From positions 86,028 to 150,027 of the IMG/VR virus record IMGVR_UViG_3300028887_000077: 64,000 bases of DNA, one strand, 5' to 3'. The position numbers were made by a program, and so were the translations under genes. This document shows positions 16,775 to 26,310 of this stretch, one piece after another. Source of the DNA: a virus (Duplodnaviria; Caudoviricetes). How positions within the stretch are numbered: the first letter of the stretch is position 1; each line of letters opens with the position of its first letter. Below the pieces are notes generated by a model, which saw nothing but the letters and a program-made list of their open reading frames with translations, made no database searches and had not been told where the DNA came from.

Positions 16775-19006
16775 TTAATAAAGTTCAGATTCGGGAAGCG
16801 TGCAATTGCAATCACCATAGCTATGCCCTGTACACAACAAAATACTTTTGTCGCAACGGATTTTATGGTCGAGGAAATAGTGGTATGCAAACCGCATCGC
16901 GTCGGGGTCGTTACCGATCCACTTGTTGCCGAATCCGTGAATCTGTACAACGTAAGGACCATCGCCGATACCCCTGACCTCAATCGTGTAATACGACTTA
17001 TCGGGGGTTTCGTTGGTGCGAAGGAAAAGGATCGTGGTTGAGCGCTCAAGATGTCTCGTCGCATATCCACCGACGCAATGATGAAGCATCTGTCCCTCGT
17101 TCGTGATCTCGGCTTCAGTCATCGGGACGACAATTCTGAAGCTTTCGCCGATATATTCGTAGTTTTCACGAAGAAGCTCCAGCGCCTTTTTCGCCTTTCT
17201 TTCAAATTCTGCTTGTTCGGCGAGCGTTCTCTGCTTGTCATAGTATCCTCCGCGCTGATTGTAGCGAGCGTTTCGAATTTCGACAAGATGATCGTGCAGA
17301 ACCTGAAAATCGTGCGGCGTACGAAGTGTGGTTGCGATACCATTTTGTCCGTAGAATCCTTCCGCGTTCCAATGATTTTCTTGCATCCACATATTGATGG
17401 TATCTTTGAAGTAGTTTAAACGTCCTAGGGTGTGCGGCTTCCTCAATTCCTGCACATACATTTTGATGATACGCACAAGATTTTTGTATTTCTGAGAATC
17501 AGGATATTCCAAAATGTTATAATTATTCCAATACGGCATTGCGGGGTAATGGTCATCTCCATACACCCAGTCTACGAAAATGTCAAAGTCGTTGCTTAAA
17601 CGCTTTGAAAGTTCGTTGACACCAAACAGACGACGCAATATAACAACGATTGATTCGGTCATTCCCAGATTTGAGTAAGAATAACGATACTCGTTGTTGT
17701 TGCGAGGGGCCGTTCTGCGTAATTTTTCGTCGATATATTCGGCTTGTTTTCTGGAGATTCCATAGGCTTTGAGAACGCTTGTGTTTTCTTTGAGGTAGTC
17801 GATGTTGAACGCGTAGTTTGTTCTGTTGGTTGTAAACGAACCGCCGTACAAACATCCTTCTGCGGCGTATGGTAATCCCATTTTTACGAATTGTTCAACG
17901 GGATATGCCTTTTCAAGCGCTGGAATTTGATCCGGACGAATGCGCGAAAAACACGGAAGCTCCGTAATCCACGAAAGCTTGGGATGGTCTTTAAAGATCT
18001 GGATGGCGCCGTGAATGTTAATTTCGGAACTAAGTTCGACATTTTGGTTTTGCACATATTCAACGGTCTTTTCGTTTCTATCAATCAAGAACGAGGTTGT
18101 TTTCTTTCCGTTGATTAACGTCGCATATACTATTTGCCTACTATCCACGTAGACATGGTTCATATATCCACTCCACGTTGACGGCCAATAGAACATATAA
18201 ACCTTTCCGATCTTTTCGGACCTCATATGGAGTCCTTCGGGATGACAAGACGACAGGATTTTATCGACGTCAATAAGTTTTCTCATTGCGTCAATTTCTT
18301 TTTCGCGATCAGTCTTTCCCCCAGTCGGGACGGATTGACGTTGTTGCGAGATTGCAAGTTTTACCAACCATATAGGGTATACACAGCGTCCACTCGCAAC
18401 TTCTTTGCATATCCAGTCCTGAGTGGTTTTCTTATATGTGTTTGTGATAAAATTCCATAGCTCCAACATCCTCTCCGGTGCCGGACGGCAATTGTACACA
18501 TTCATAGACGATAAAAGCCGCCTCATACCGCAGGTTGTCCATGCAAAATATGGAAAGTTCACCTTAGAAATCGGCTTGCACGTCCCGTCCTCGAAATATG
18601 CTCGTCCGCCCGGTCTTAGATCAATATACGCCTTGGTATATTGTGCGCCGTAAATTCCGATTTCCTCCGGTTTCAACGTGGTCCATTTTCTTTTAGCCAC
18701 GTTCGGTTCGGTTTTCGATCCGGGGAGTTTCAGAATTTGTATTCTGAGAAAATCGTCTCCGACGTCGAAGTCGAGGCCATAATGCCAGGAACGAGGCATT
18801 ATGTCTTTTTCCCATTGCCATCTGTAACCCTCAATTGTCGCGCCATACAGACAACAAAGATCGTCTTTGGTTACTTCATCGGATCTCTTCCTTTTGCTGT
18901 CAATCCTCATGATGATGGGCAATTGGGAGCATCCCTTGTGCTCCCGGTCGAACTTCTTGATTTTTGCGATGGCTTCTTTGGGTGTCATTTGTGCGACCTT
19001 TTTCAT
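16775..19006 (-). CDS. PcfJ domain-containing protein (743 aa)
   Basis: C-terminal HD...P....EI..EGQMLHHCVGGYA..H....TTILFLR....PDKSYYTIEV...VQIHGFGN. Confidence 0.85.
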   Translation of the reverse strand: MKKVAQMTPKEAIAKIKKFDREHKGCSQLPIIMRIDSKRKRSDEVTKDDLCCLYGATIEGYRWQWEKDIMPRSWHYGLDFDVGDDFLRIQILKLPGSKTEPNVAKRKWTTLKPEEIGIYGAQYTKAYIDLRPGGRAYFEDGTCKPISKVNFPYFAWTTCGMRRLLSSMNVYNCRPAPERMLELWNFITNTYKKTTQDWICKEVASGRCVYPIWLVKLAISQQRQSVPTGGKTDREKEIDAMRKLIDVDKILSSCHPEGLHMRSEKIGKVYMFYWPSTWSGYMNHVYVDSRQIVYATLINGKKTTSFLIDRNEKTVEYVQNQNVELSSEINIHGAIQIFKDHPKLSWITELPCFSRIRPDQIPALEKAYPVEQFVKMGLPYAAEGCLYGGSFTTNRTNYAFNIDYLKENTSVLKAYGISRKQAEYIDEKLRRTAPRNNNEYRYSYSNLGMTESIVVILRRLFGVNELSKRLSNDFDIFVDWVYGDDHYPAMPYWNNYNILEYPDSQKYKNLVRIIKMYVQELRKPHTLGRLNYFKDTINMWMQENHWNAEGFYGQNGIATTLRTPHDFQVLHDHLVEIRNARYNQRGGYYDKQRTLAEQAEFERKAKKALELLRENYEYIGESFRIVVPMTEAEITNEGQMLHHCVGGYATRHLERSTTILFLRTNETPDKSYYTIEVRGIGDGPYVVQIHGFGNKWIGNDPDAMRFAYHYFLDHKIRCDKSILLCTGHSYGDCNCTLPESELY

Positions 19007-19023
19007 TTTAGTTGCTCCTTTCT

Positions 19024-21186
19024 TTAATCTTCGTCGGTTAATATCGATTCGTCAAGCATGTTTGTGTCATATCCCACATACCCGCTCGACGTGCGCAAAA
19101 GGATATATTTGTCACACTCCACATTATGCGACTTAAAGTAACGATACAGGAATATTGCGGCGTCAGGATCGTTACCGACCCACTTGTTGTAGACACCATG
19201 CACCTGCGCAACTCGGTAATGACGACCTTCGTGAGCGCGAATCTCAATGGTGTAAAATGAAGTGTCGATTTCTTCATTCTTTCTTAAGAACAAAATTGTG
19301 GTCTCGTTCTTAAGATGCCTTTCGGCGTATCCACCGACACAGTGATGCAAAGAATCCCCTTCTTGCCTTACGTCGGAGAGCTTCATTGGGAACAGGACAG
19401 AGAATTTTTCATTCGAAAACTCCCATTTTTCTTTGCGCTTTTTGTTTTCCCCTTCCAGACTTTCCCAATACTTTTGTCGCTCTTCATCTCTTTTTCGTTC
19501 AGCATCTTTTGAGTTTTCTCTGCATTTTTCCGTATAAAAATCGTGCTTTCTTATGATGTCTTGATATGAGTGGATTGTCGGCATTACCTCGAGCCAGAAT
19601 TCCTTTGGTACGGCATGCGGCGCACAAACAAGAGATATATTTGTGAAACCGGTTTCTTCATATTTGAAATTCTGCACATACATGTCAACAAGATCGTATG
19701 AGATCCTGCCATATTGCTTGTCTATTAGCCTCAGAAACTTTTTCTTTTGGTCCATTATAATGTCTTGCTCAGCTTTTGTGATTGTTTCCGCGACGTAATA
19801 TGGGGTTGAAAATACATTACGAAGATCTGACCAGGACCAACTGCGCCAACGACGCAGATCTTTCATACATCCAAAGATGGTTTCAAAGTCTTTTTCTTTG
19901 GAAACGCTTTCGGAAAAACAAAAGAACCCGTTAATAGTCTCGAAAAGGCTTTCAGCCGACTCCTTTGATATATATGTTTCTTCAAAATATTTATCAATGA
20001 CCTCGGCTTGCTTTTTGGTCATCCCGTAATATTTTAACACGTTGCCGGTTTTTCGATTTCCGCCATGAAGCAACATGTGGATGTGAAGAAGATTGTATAG
20101 CCCCATCTTTGAAAGCTGTTCGTAGAAAACATTAGATATGCTCCTCACAAGCACCACAGGATCAACCTTCTCACTTTCGTTGTTTAGCATCTTGCTCACC
20201 CATCCAATATCAGGATCGCCGGCAAAGACAGACAGTTTTTCTGCAGTAAGTTTATATTCCTTATCAGAAGGCACGTCGTTGATACGAATTTTTTCGCCAT
20301 AATTCAAGGAGAACGCACAGTATTCTTTGCCGACAAGATACAAAACTGGGGCCTTCCATGAGTTATAAAAAAATATTTGATAAACGTTTTTACCATCATA
20401 TTGCTCGGGTATTTTATATACATACGCTCCTTTTGTTTGTTTATATCTGTTTGCGTGCGCCCACGACCAACAAAACGCGTTGCGCTTTTCAATGTCTGTT
20501 CTGGCGCCATTATAAATTGTCGGTTTCGTAAGAAAATATGCCACCATGCGTTCAAAATCATCCGTGTTTCTTACATCGTACCAGCACGACAGATCACATC
20601 CGACGTTTCTTAGACCGCTTTTCACAACAGGCAGGTTTGAATAGCACACCTGTTTCATTTCCTTAAACGTAGCAAGCTTTCTGCGTATGGACAAGATTCC
20701 TTTGTAATAGGAGGTGTTGTTTTTTGGTTTAATGCACGGAAATATTTTGTCAGATTTCCGAACGGTGTTCCCGTTTTTGTCATAAATTTTATTGGTTAAG
20801 ACATCGATGTAGATTTCAAAATCGGCCTTTTGCCAATAAACATGAGTTTTCCAATAAGCATTGTATATATTCTTGCTCCCTCTCAAATCCGGAATGTCTG
20901 CCTTGATTTCATACATGCAAACTAAGCCGATATATTCGTCAATATCGACCATCATACCATAGACGCATTTGGGAGGAATTGCATTGGACGACCAGGAGTA
21001 ACTGTGCCCATTGTAACTACTGCCAAAATGCCTTTGTTCGGCCATGTATGTGATTTTTCCGTTTTTTTCCTTAATCTCGTATTTATACATAGGGATGTAT
21101 GCGCTCGGACCAAAACAGTCGCATTCGGCTTCCGGGATAGGGTGTTTTTCTTTGTACCTTTCTATTTTCTCTTTGATAGTCATCAT
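19024..21186 (-). CDS. PcfJ domain-containing protein (720 aa)
   Basis: C-terminal HD...EGDSLHHCVGGYAERH....TTILFLR....SFYTIEI...QVHGVYN; tandem paralog. Confidence 0.85.
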   Translation of the reverse strand: MMTIKEKIERYKEKHPIPEAECDCFGPSAYIPMYKYEIKEKNGKITYMAEQRHFGSSYNGHSYSWSSNAIPPKCVYGMMVDIDEYIGLVCMYEIKADIPDLRGSKNIYNAYWKTHVYWQKADFEIYIDVLTNKIYDKNGNTVRKSDKIFPCIKPKNNTSYYKGILSIRRKLATFKEMKQVCYSNLPVVKSGLRNVGCDLSCWYDVRNTDDFERMVAYFLTKPTIYNGARTDIEKRNAFCWSWAHANRYKQTKGAYVYKIPEQYDGKNVYQIFFYNSWKAPVLYLVGKEYCAFSLNYGEKIRINDVPSDKEYKLTAEKLSVFAGDPDIGWVSKMLNNESEKVDPVVLVRSISNVFYEQLSKMGLYNLLHIHMLLHGGNRKTGNVLKYYGMTKKQAEVIDKYFEETYISKESAESLFETINGFFCFSESVSKEKDFETIFGCMKDLRRWRSWSWSDLRNVFSTPYYVAETITKAEQDIIMDQKKKFLRLIDKQYGRISYDLVDMYVQNFKYEETGFTNISLVCAPHAVPKEFWLEVMPTIHSYQDIIRKHDFYTEKCRENSKDAERKRDEERQKYWESLEGENKKRKEKWEFSNEKFSVLFPMKLSDVRQEGDSLHHCVGGYAERHLKNETTILFLRKNEEIDTSFYTIEIRAHEGRHYRVAQVHGVYNKWVGNDPDAAIFLYRYFKSHNVECDKYILLRTSSGYVGYDTNMLDESILTDED

Positions 21187-21220
21187 GATGATGACCTCCT
21201 TTTTAATTTTGGTTTTTGTG

Positions 21221-21251
21221 AAAAGGGAGAGGCATTTCTGCCCCTCCCTTG
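21221..21251 (-). terminator. intrinsic terminator
   Basis: AAGGGAGGGGCA-GAAA-TGCCTCTCCCTT followed by T's on the minus strand. Confidence 0.8.
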
Positions 21252-21267
21252 CTGAGGTGTGTGTGAG

Positions 21268-21735
21268 TTACCGGGCGAGTTTCACGCGGTCGATCAGGAT
21301 GTTCTTGATTGCCTCGTTGGGAAGCTCGACGTCGCCGAGATCTTTCAGGTCCGCAACGACCTTCCCGCAAAGGGAGCGGGCGTTGCGTTCGGTGTAGTCG
21401 ATGATGATGTCGGCGGCTCCAACCTTGATCTGCTCGAGCGCACAGGTGGCGACGAGACCGGCATCACTCAGTTTCGCAATCTGCGTGAGCTTGTCGACCG
21501 CTTCCCGGGTGGTCTCGCTTCCGTCGACGGCTTCCTGAATGGCCTTTTCCATAGCTTCGCGATCGGCCTCGGACGTGTACCCGGCGCATCCAACGGTCTG
21601 TCCGTTGATGCTGATCATCGTGAACTTCGTGCCGGTCTCGCTGATCTTCTGGAGCAGTTCAACCGTGTTCTTCTTGGTTTCAGTCTTGGTGATGTTGATG
21701 CCCTTGTTGGTGTTGTTGGTGTTCTGGTTTGCCAT
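21268..21735 (-). CDS. hypothetical protein, probably highly expressed
   Basis: AAAGGAG SD with A/C-rich enhancer-like leader; strong C/G-ending codon bias; own terminator. Confidence 0.8.
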   Translation of the reverse strand: MANQNTNNTNKGINITKTETKKNTVELLQKISETGTKFTMISINGQTVGCAGYTSEADREAMEKAIQEAVDGSETTREAVDKLTQIAKLSDAGLVATCALEQIKVGAADIIIDYTERNARSLCGKVVADLKDLGDVELPNEAIKNILIDRVKLAR

Positions 21736-21907
21736 GATTTGTGTCTCCTTTTGTTTTGTTTTTGTTTTGTCCAAATTGTGAATCGGTGTAAGTTGTCCCT
21801 TCTGAACAACCCCACACATCCAGTCGTCTCTCTTATTTTTATGTTGCCACATTGTGTGGCCCAGAGACCGTGATGCATGTCTTGTTTACGCCGAACGGAT
21901 AACTGAA

Positions 21908-22105
21908 TTACGGAAGGATTCTACGTTTTTCTCCGCCGATATTACGACGGTTGTGGCCATCCTTCCACGGGACGCGCTTCTTTTTGAATTCGCGTCTTTC
22001 GTACTCAACCGGATCTTTCGATCTCTTGGGGCGATCGACCTGGCTGAGACAGTCCATGCTGAGGTTTTCAATTGTCAGGTTTTCGACGATGATTTTGATT
22101 TTCAT
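21908..22105 (-). CDS. small basic protein
   Basis: GGGAG SD; K/R-rich. Confidence 0.6.
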   Translation of the reverse strand: MKIKIIVENLTIENLSMDCLSQVDRPKRSKDPVEYERREFKKKRVPWKDGHNRRNIGGEKRRILP

Positions 22106-22985
22106 CTTTCTTCACTCCCTCATTGAGAATTTTGATGACTTCTTCTCGTGTAAGAATACGTTGCGGAATAATCCAGCGAGCGCACCTTTTGCTGGAGCCC
22201 ATTCCTCCCTTTTGTTCATTTGACACTTCGCATTCCGCGATTACGAAGTCCTTGCCGTATTCTCCGTAGTAGTAATCGAAGATTTCGAAGAGATTTGTGC
22301 AATAATGGAGGCCGTTTTCGCAAAGCGTAAGTATTCCTTTCACAAAAGATCTTCTTCCGACCCTGTATGTCTTGTTACGACAAACAAGACTACCGTCTGG
22401 CGACAAGCCAAAAGCTTTATAGTTTTTACGAGCGGACTTTAAATAGGTTCTATAAAACGCACCAAGGCCGATACTCATAACCCCACTCCCGATGACGATC
22501 GTCTTCAGTTTAGAACACTCTCGGAACGCGCCGTGTCCAACGCTCACGACGCTGTCAGGAATGGCGATCGAGGTCAGACTAGAACAACCGTAAAACGCGG
22601 CGTCTCCAATATCCGTAACGCTGTTTCCAATGGCGATCGATTTCAACCTTGCGCAGCCGTAGAATGCCCAGTCTCCAATACTCGTAACGCTGTTGCCAAT
22701 GGCGATTGAGGCAAGACCGCCACAACCGAAGAAGGCATGATGGCCAATACTGGTAACGCTGTCAGGGATTGTAATCGAGGTTAGACCGTAACAGCCGCGG
22801 AACGAATGATGTTCGATACTCGTTACGCTCTCGGGGATGGTGACTGAGGTCATTTTGTAGCTGATACCGTACGCATCGAACGCCCATTCTCCGATGCTGG
22901 TGATACCGTCAGGAATGATAAATCTTCCATCTTCCGGGATATCATCATCCAATACGTTTGTGAGCACTCCATTTTTAATGTCCAT
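22068..22985 (-). CDS. BspA-type leucine-rich repeat protein with C-terminal DUF7666-like domain
   Basis: ~23-aa SVTSIG..AF.GC..LTSI.IP repeats; C-terminal YKAF...L.CR...Y..G...LC.NGLHYC...F.YY...ECEV. Confidence 0.85.
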   Translation of the reverse strand: MDIKNGVLTNVLDDDIPEDGRFIIPDGITSIGEWAFDAYGISYKMTSVTIPESVTSIEHHSFRGCYGLTSITIPDSVTSIGHHAFFGCGGLASIAIGNSVTSIGDWAFYGCARLKSIAIGNSVTDIGDAAFYGCSSLTSIAIPDSVVSVGHGAFRECSKLKTIVIGSGVMSIGLGAFYRTYLKSARKNYKAFGLSPDGSLVCRNKTYRVGRRSFVKGILTLCENGLHYCTNLFEIFDYYYGEYGKDFVIAECEVSNEQKGGMGSSKRCARWIIPQRILTREEVIKILNEGVKKDENQNHRRKPDN

Positions 22986-22995
22986 TTCTTTTACC

Positions 22996-23142
22996 TCACT
23001 TTTCGTTATTAAACAGGAGATAGTATACCCATGTGGGCATTTCTCCAATCGGTTTGTTTGCGTATTTTGCAAATAAGTAGACCCATGCAACGACAGAGAC
23101 AACCACGACGAGGACGAAAATGAATGCTACGAATTTTTTCAT
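22996..23142 (-). CDS. 48-aa membrane protein
   Basis: GGAGGTG SD; MKKFVAFIFVLVVVVSVVAWVYLFAKY...; below track cutoff. Confidence 0.65.
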   Translation of the reverse strand: MKKFVAFIFVLVVVVSVVAWVYLFAKYANKPIGEMPTWVYYLLFNNEK

Positions 23143-24134
23143 TTCTTTGCACCTCCTTCATTAAGAATTTTAATAACTTCTTCTCTGGTAAGAATGCGCT
23201 GTGGGACGATCCAACGAGCACACCTCTTGCTGGAGTCCCGTTCTCTTTTTTGCTCCTTCGATACTTCGCACTCGGCGATTACGAAATTTTTGCCATACTC
23301 CCCATAGTAGTAGTTGAAGATTTCAAAGAGATTCGTACAGTAATGAATCCCATTAGCGCAAAGTATAAGTTCGTCCTCAACGGAAGCTTTCTCGCCGAGT
23401 TTATACGGCTTTGTACGGCAGACAAGCTCGCCATCCGGCTGAAGCCGAAAAGCCTTATAATTTTTACGAACTGATTTCAAAGGAGTGGAGTAAAACGCAT
23501 CTTCTCCGACACTCGTGACGCTATCTGGGATGATGATTGAGGTTAGCCTGTAACACCCCTTGAACGCAGAGCTTCCGATACTCGTGACACTGACGGGGAT
23601 GGTGATCGAGGTCAGATTAGAGCAACAGGCGAACGCAGAGTCTCCGATGTCGGTAACACCATTGCCGATGGTGATCTCGGTCAGCCCGGAGCAACCTTCG
23701 AACGCCCAGGCTCCGATGCTCGTGACACTGTCGGGGATGGTGACCGAGGTCAGCCCGCTACGACCACAAAACGCATAGTCTGCGATTCTCGTTCCGCTTG
23801 TAATCACGACGGTCCGCAGATTGGCTTTAGGGATCGAGAAGATCGCAGTTGAGGGAATGGTTGCCGACGTGATTGCATAGCAACCGTTGAATGCACCACG
23901 ACCGATTATCGTGACGCTTTCAGGTATGGTGATTGAGGGGAGCCCAGAGCAACCATCGAACGCAAAGTCCCCGATACTCGTGACGCTTTCTGGAATGGTG
24001 ATCGAGGTCAGATTAGTGCGGTTGGAGAACGCACAGCATCCGATGATGGTGACATCGTCAGGAACGACAAACCTCCCGTTTTTCGGGATGTCTTCGGACA
24101 ACACGCTTGTGAGCACTCCGTTTTCAATTCTCAT
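23139..24134 (-). CDS. BspA-type leucine-rich repeat protein with C-terminal DUF7666-like domain (paralog)
   Basis: Same repeat unit and a very similar C-terminal domain (HYCTNLFEIF.YYYGEYGK...SSKRCARWI.PQRILTREEVIKILNEG). Confidence 0.85.
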   Translation of the reverse strand: MRIENGVLTSVLSEDIPKNGRFVVPDDVTIIGCCAFSNRTNLTSITIPESVTSIGDFAFDGCSGLPSITIPESVTIIGRGAFNGCYAITSATIPSTAIFSIPKANLRTVVITSGTRIADYAFCGRSGLTSVTIPDSVTSIGAWAFEGCSGLTEITIGNGVTDIGDSAFACCSNLTSITIPVSVTSIGSSAFKGCYRLTSIIIPDSVTSVGEDAFYSTPLKSVRKNYKAFRLQPDGELVCRTKPYKLGEKASVEDELILCANGIHYCTNLFEIFNYYYGEYGKNFVIAECEVSKEQKRERDSSKRCARWIVPQRILTREEVIKILNEGGAKK

Positions 24135-24283
24135 CTCTTCTTTTTACCTTTCTTTTTCTTTTTGTTATTCTTTTGCTTGTGCTTGGCAAAATAGCCGGCA
24201 CGCGCAGAGTTGCCCGCCATACGGAGTTCTTTTTCTATGCGGGCAAACTCTGTAATGGAATACGGTCCGGTGTTAAACGCCAT
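24131..24283 (-). CDS. 50-aa Lys-rich protein
   Basis: GGGGGTG SD; MAFNTGPYS...KKKKKGKKKR; ATGA overlap. Confidence 0.6.
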   Translation of the reverse strand: MAFNTGPYSITEFARIEKELRMAGNSARAGYFAKHKQKNNKKKKKGKKKR

Positions 24284-24290
24284 ACTCACT

Positions 24291-24839
24291 TCACCCCCTT
24301 CTCATTGTGAGAATTCGTTCGTACTCGAGATTCTCGGCAATTCGCTGATCCTGCTGAAGGATCCACTCGCGGATTACCCGCTCTTTCCCATCGTCGGTCT
24401 TTTTGTCCTGCGCCTGCAGAACACCGGCGCGGACCGTGGTAAATCCGCATTGACGAATCATTGATTTGAGTTTGTCGCGCAGAATAGGGCCGAATCCTTC
24501 CACACGTCGCTCTTTGCCGCAAACAACCTCGGTGTGCCCGATTGCGATCAGATCTTCGAGAACTCGAACCTGTTCTTCGGGCGTAGGCTCCTTGTGAATC
24601 AGCATATGTTTCGCCGTGCGATACACGACGTCAAACCTGCTGTAGTCGATGTGACCATAACAGGTCTGCTTGAAGCGCAACATGCTGGGGGCTCCGGTCT
24701 TGAGCTCACTCTCGCATTGTTTTAGAATGAACTCTTTCCCGCGCTCCGAAAGGTTCTTGTCAAGAACCTTTTCGAATTCGGGTGATGTGATCATTCTCAA
24801 GATTCGTACGGTGAGCGGGGTTTCTTTTTTGCGTTTCAT
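24291..24839 (-). CDS. hypothetical protein
   Basis: AAAGGAG SD. Confidence 0.75.
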   Translation of the reverse strand: MKRKKETPLTVRILRMITSPEFEKVLDKNLSERGKEFILKQCESELKTGAPSMLRFKQTCYGHIDYSRFDVVYRTAKHMLIHKEPTPEEQVRVLEDLIAIGHTEVVCGKERRVEGFGPILRDKLKSMIRQCGFTTVRAGVLQAQDKKTDDGKERVIREWILQQDQRIAENLEYERILTMRRG

Positions 24840-24852
24840 GATGTTTTCTCCT

Positions 24853-25176
24853 TTAACAATCACATTCGATAAATTGAACGGTGATCGGTTTAATTATTTG
24901 TGACTCTTCAAAGTTTTGTCTTTTGACAAAGTCGTTGTGTTTTTCGATCTCCTCGTTGATTTCGCTTTTCAGCTTTTCAACGACGGTTCCGGCCCTACCG
25001 ATCCAGTGACCCGGAAGATTGGTGCAGATCGTAATGGTACTGTTCTCTTTGTCATAGTACCACAACGAATATACGCGCAAGGCGCACTTCGGGGCGCTGC
25101 TGGGGTTGAAGCTTTTCGCATATCTTTTGATAATGTGATGAATAGCCGGCAGCGGCATATACGGAGACATGCTCAT
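24853..25176 (-). CDS. stand-alone KH-domain (ribosomal S3-type) protein
   Basis: ITICTNLPGHWIGRAGTVVEKLKSEI resembles S3 KH 'ITIHTARPG.VIG..G..IEKL'; GxxG loop intact. Confidence 0.7.
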   Translation of the reverse strand: MSMSPYMPLPAIHHIIKRYAKSFNPSSAPKCALRVYSLWYYDKENSTITICTNLPGHWIGRAGTVVEKLKSEINEEIEKHNDFVKRQNFEESQIIKPITVQFIECDC

Positions 25177-25177
25177 A

Positions 25178-25447
25178 TCAGTTCACCTCCTCATATTCAA
25201 TCCATTCTTTGCGCGGGAGCTTCACGAGCTTAACCGGCCCGCAGACTTCTTTGCGAAGAATTTTGAGATCCTCTTTGGCGTCTTTTTTGTCGTAGTATTT
25301 CCACGACCAAGAGTCGTTGCGATCGTACCACATAGGCATCAGCTTGCCGCTGATGACGTGTACGCCATGACCGCCGTAGTACCCGACGAGGTTGCCGTTC
25401 TTGTCATTATGGGCGATCATCCATTTGCGGAACACTTTCTTTTTCAT
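25178..25447 (-). CDS. hypothetical protein
   Basis: AAGGAG SD. Confidence 0.7.
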   Translation of the reverse strand: MKKKVFRKWMIAHNDKNGNLVGYYGGHGVHVISGKLMPMWYDRNDSWSWKYYDKKDAKEDLKILRKEVCGPVKLVKLPRKEWIEYEEVN

Positions 25448-25836
25448 TGTTCTTTCTCCTTGCATTTGAAATACACCCTTCCTTGCTGCGTCCCTTGGAA
25501 ATAGAAAATCGGTATTCCGATGATCGCGAAACCGTGTTCTTTGACGATCTTTGCGATCTCTTCCGAAATAGCGTGGGCGAGTTCGCTGCTTTGTTCGCCG
25601 GTGAGTTCACGCGTTGTGCCTCGCCAAAGTCCGGCGTAACCAAATTTGCCCGTTTCTGCAACGGAAAAATTGATTACGAATTCAGATTCTCCGTTTTCGA
25701 TCTGATTAACGACAAGGGTTTCAACCATTTTCTCGTCAAGGGTGCATTTAATCCAATTGACGGCATCCTCGCGAATGGTTGCCATGTCTTTTGCTCTGCA
25801 GTCGAGCATTTCTTTCATTTTGTCGTTGAGATTCAT
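25444..25836 (-). CDS. hypothetical protein
   Basis: AAGGAG SD. Confidence 0.75.
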   Translation of the reverse strand: MNLNDKMKEMLDCRAKDMATIREDAVNWIKCTLDEKMVETLVVNQIENGESEFVINFSVAETGKFGYAGLWRGTTRELTGEQSSELAHAISEEIAKIVKEHGFAIIGIPIFYFQGTQQGRVYFKCKEKEQ

Positions 25837-25851
25837 TGTTTTCTCTCCTTT

Positions 25852-26097
25852 TTATTCATATAAGACTTCAAGTCTCTTTTTATCGAAGTCGTCGGCAAGA
25901 CTGCAACGGGTCCAGTCTCCCAGAGTGGCCCGTTCGACTTCTTCAAACTTTTTATCAGTTTGATAATCGTTGAGGTTAAACTTGTTTTTAACCTCTTGGG
26001 TCGTTTTGTCGATTTGCCGATAAATATCGACATACGCATCATCGATAATAATGTCTCCGACGGATTTTGTTCTGAGAATTATGTAGGTTCTTTTCAT
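25852..26097 (-). CDS. hypothetical protein
   Basis: GAGG SD. Confidence 0.7.
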   Translation of the reverse strand: MKRTYIILRTKSVGDIIIDDAYVDIYRQIDKTTQEVKNKFNLNDYQTDKKFEEVERATLGDWTRCSLADDFDKKRLEVLYE

Positions 26098-26115
26098 TTT
26101 GCGCCTCTCTTTTTT

Positions 26116-26307
26116 TTATTTTTCAATGATATTTCCGCCGAAATAGATATACGAATCATTAGGGACGTTCAGATCCCGTTTTGCTTTCCATTTCAGCGTT
26201 GCTGTGGCTCGACGAACATTTTCGGCCGTGGTTCCTCCAGACCACACGCCGAGATCGTTGTCCCGCTCGTCGAAGACGTGACCGGAATAGGTGTACGTGT
26301 GCACCAT
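26116..26307 (-). CDS. hypothetical protein
   Basis: YTYSGHV.......W...T.A....A...L...AK pattern. Confidence 0.7.
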   Translation of the reverse strand: MVHTYTYSGHVFDERDNDLGVWSGGTTAENVRRATATLKWKAKRDLNVPNDSYIYFGGNIIEK

Positions 26308-26310
26308 CCT

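Noticed and set aside
22120-23480. Diversity-generating retroelement TR/VR pair in the duplicated LRR C-termini
   Set aside because: Differences are largely synonymous and not adenine-specific, both copies are coding, and no reverse transcriptase is in the window.
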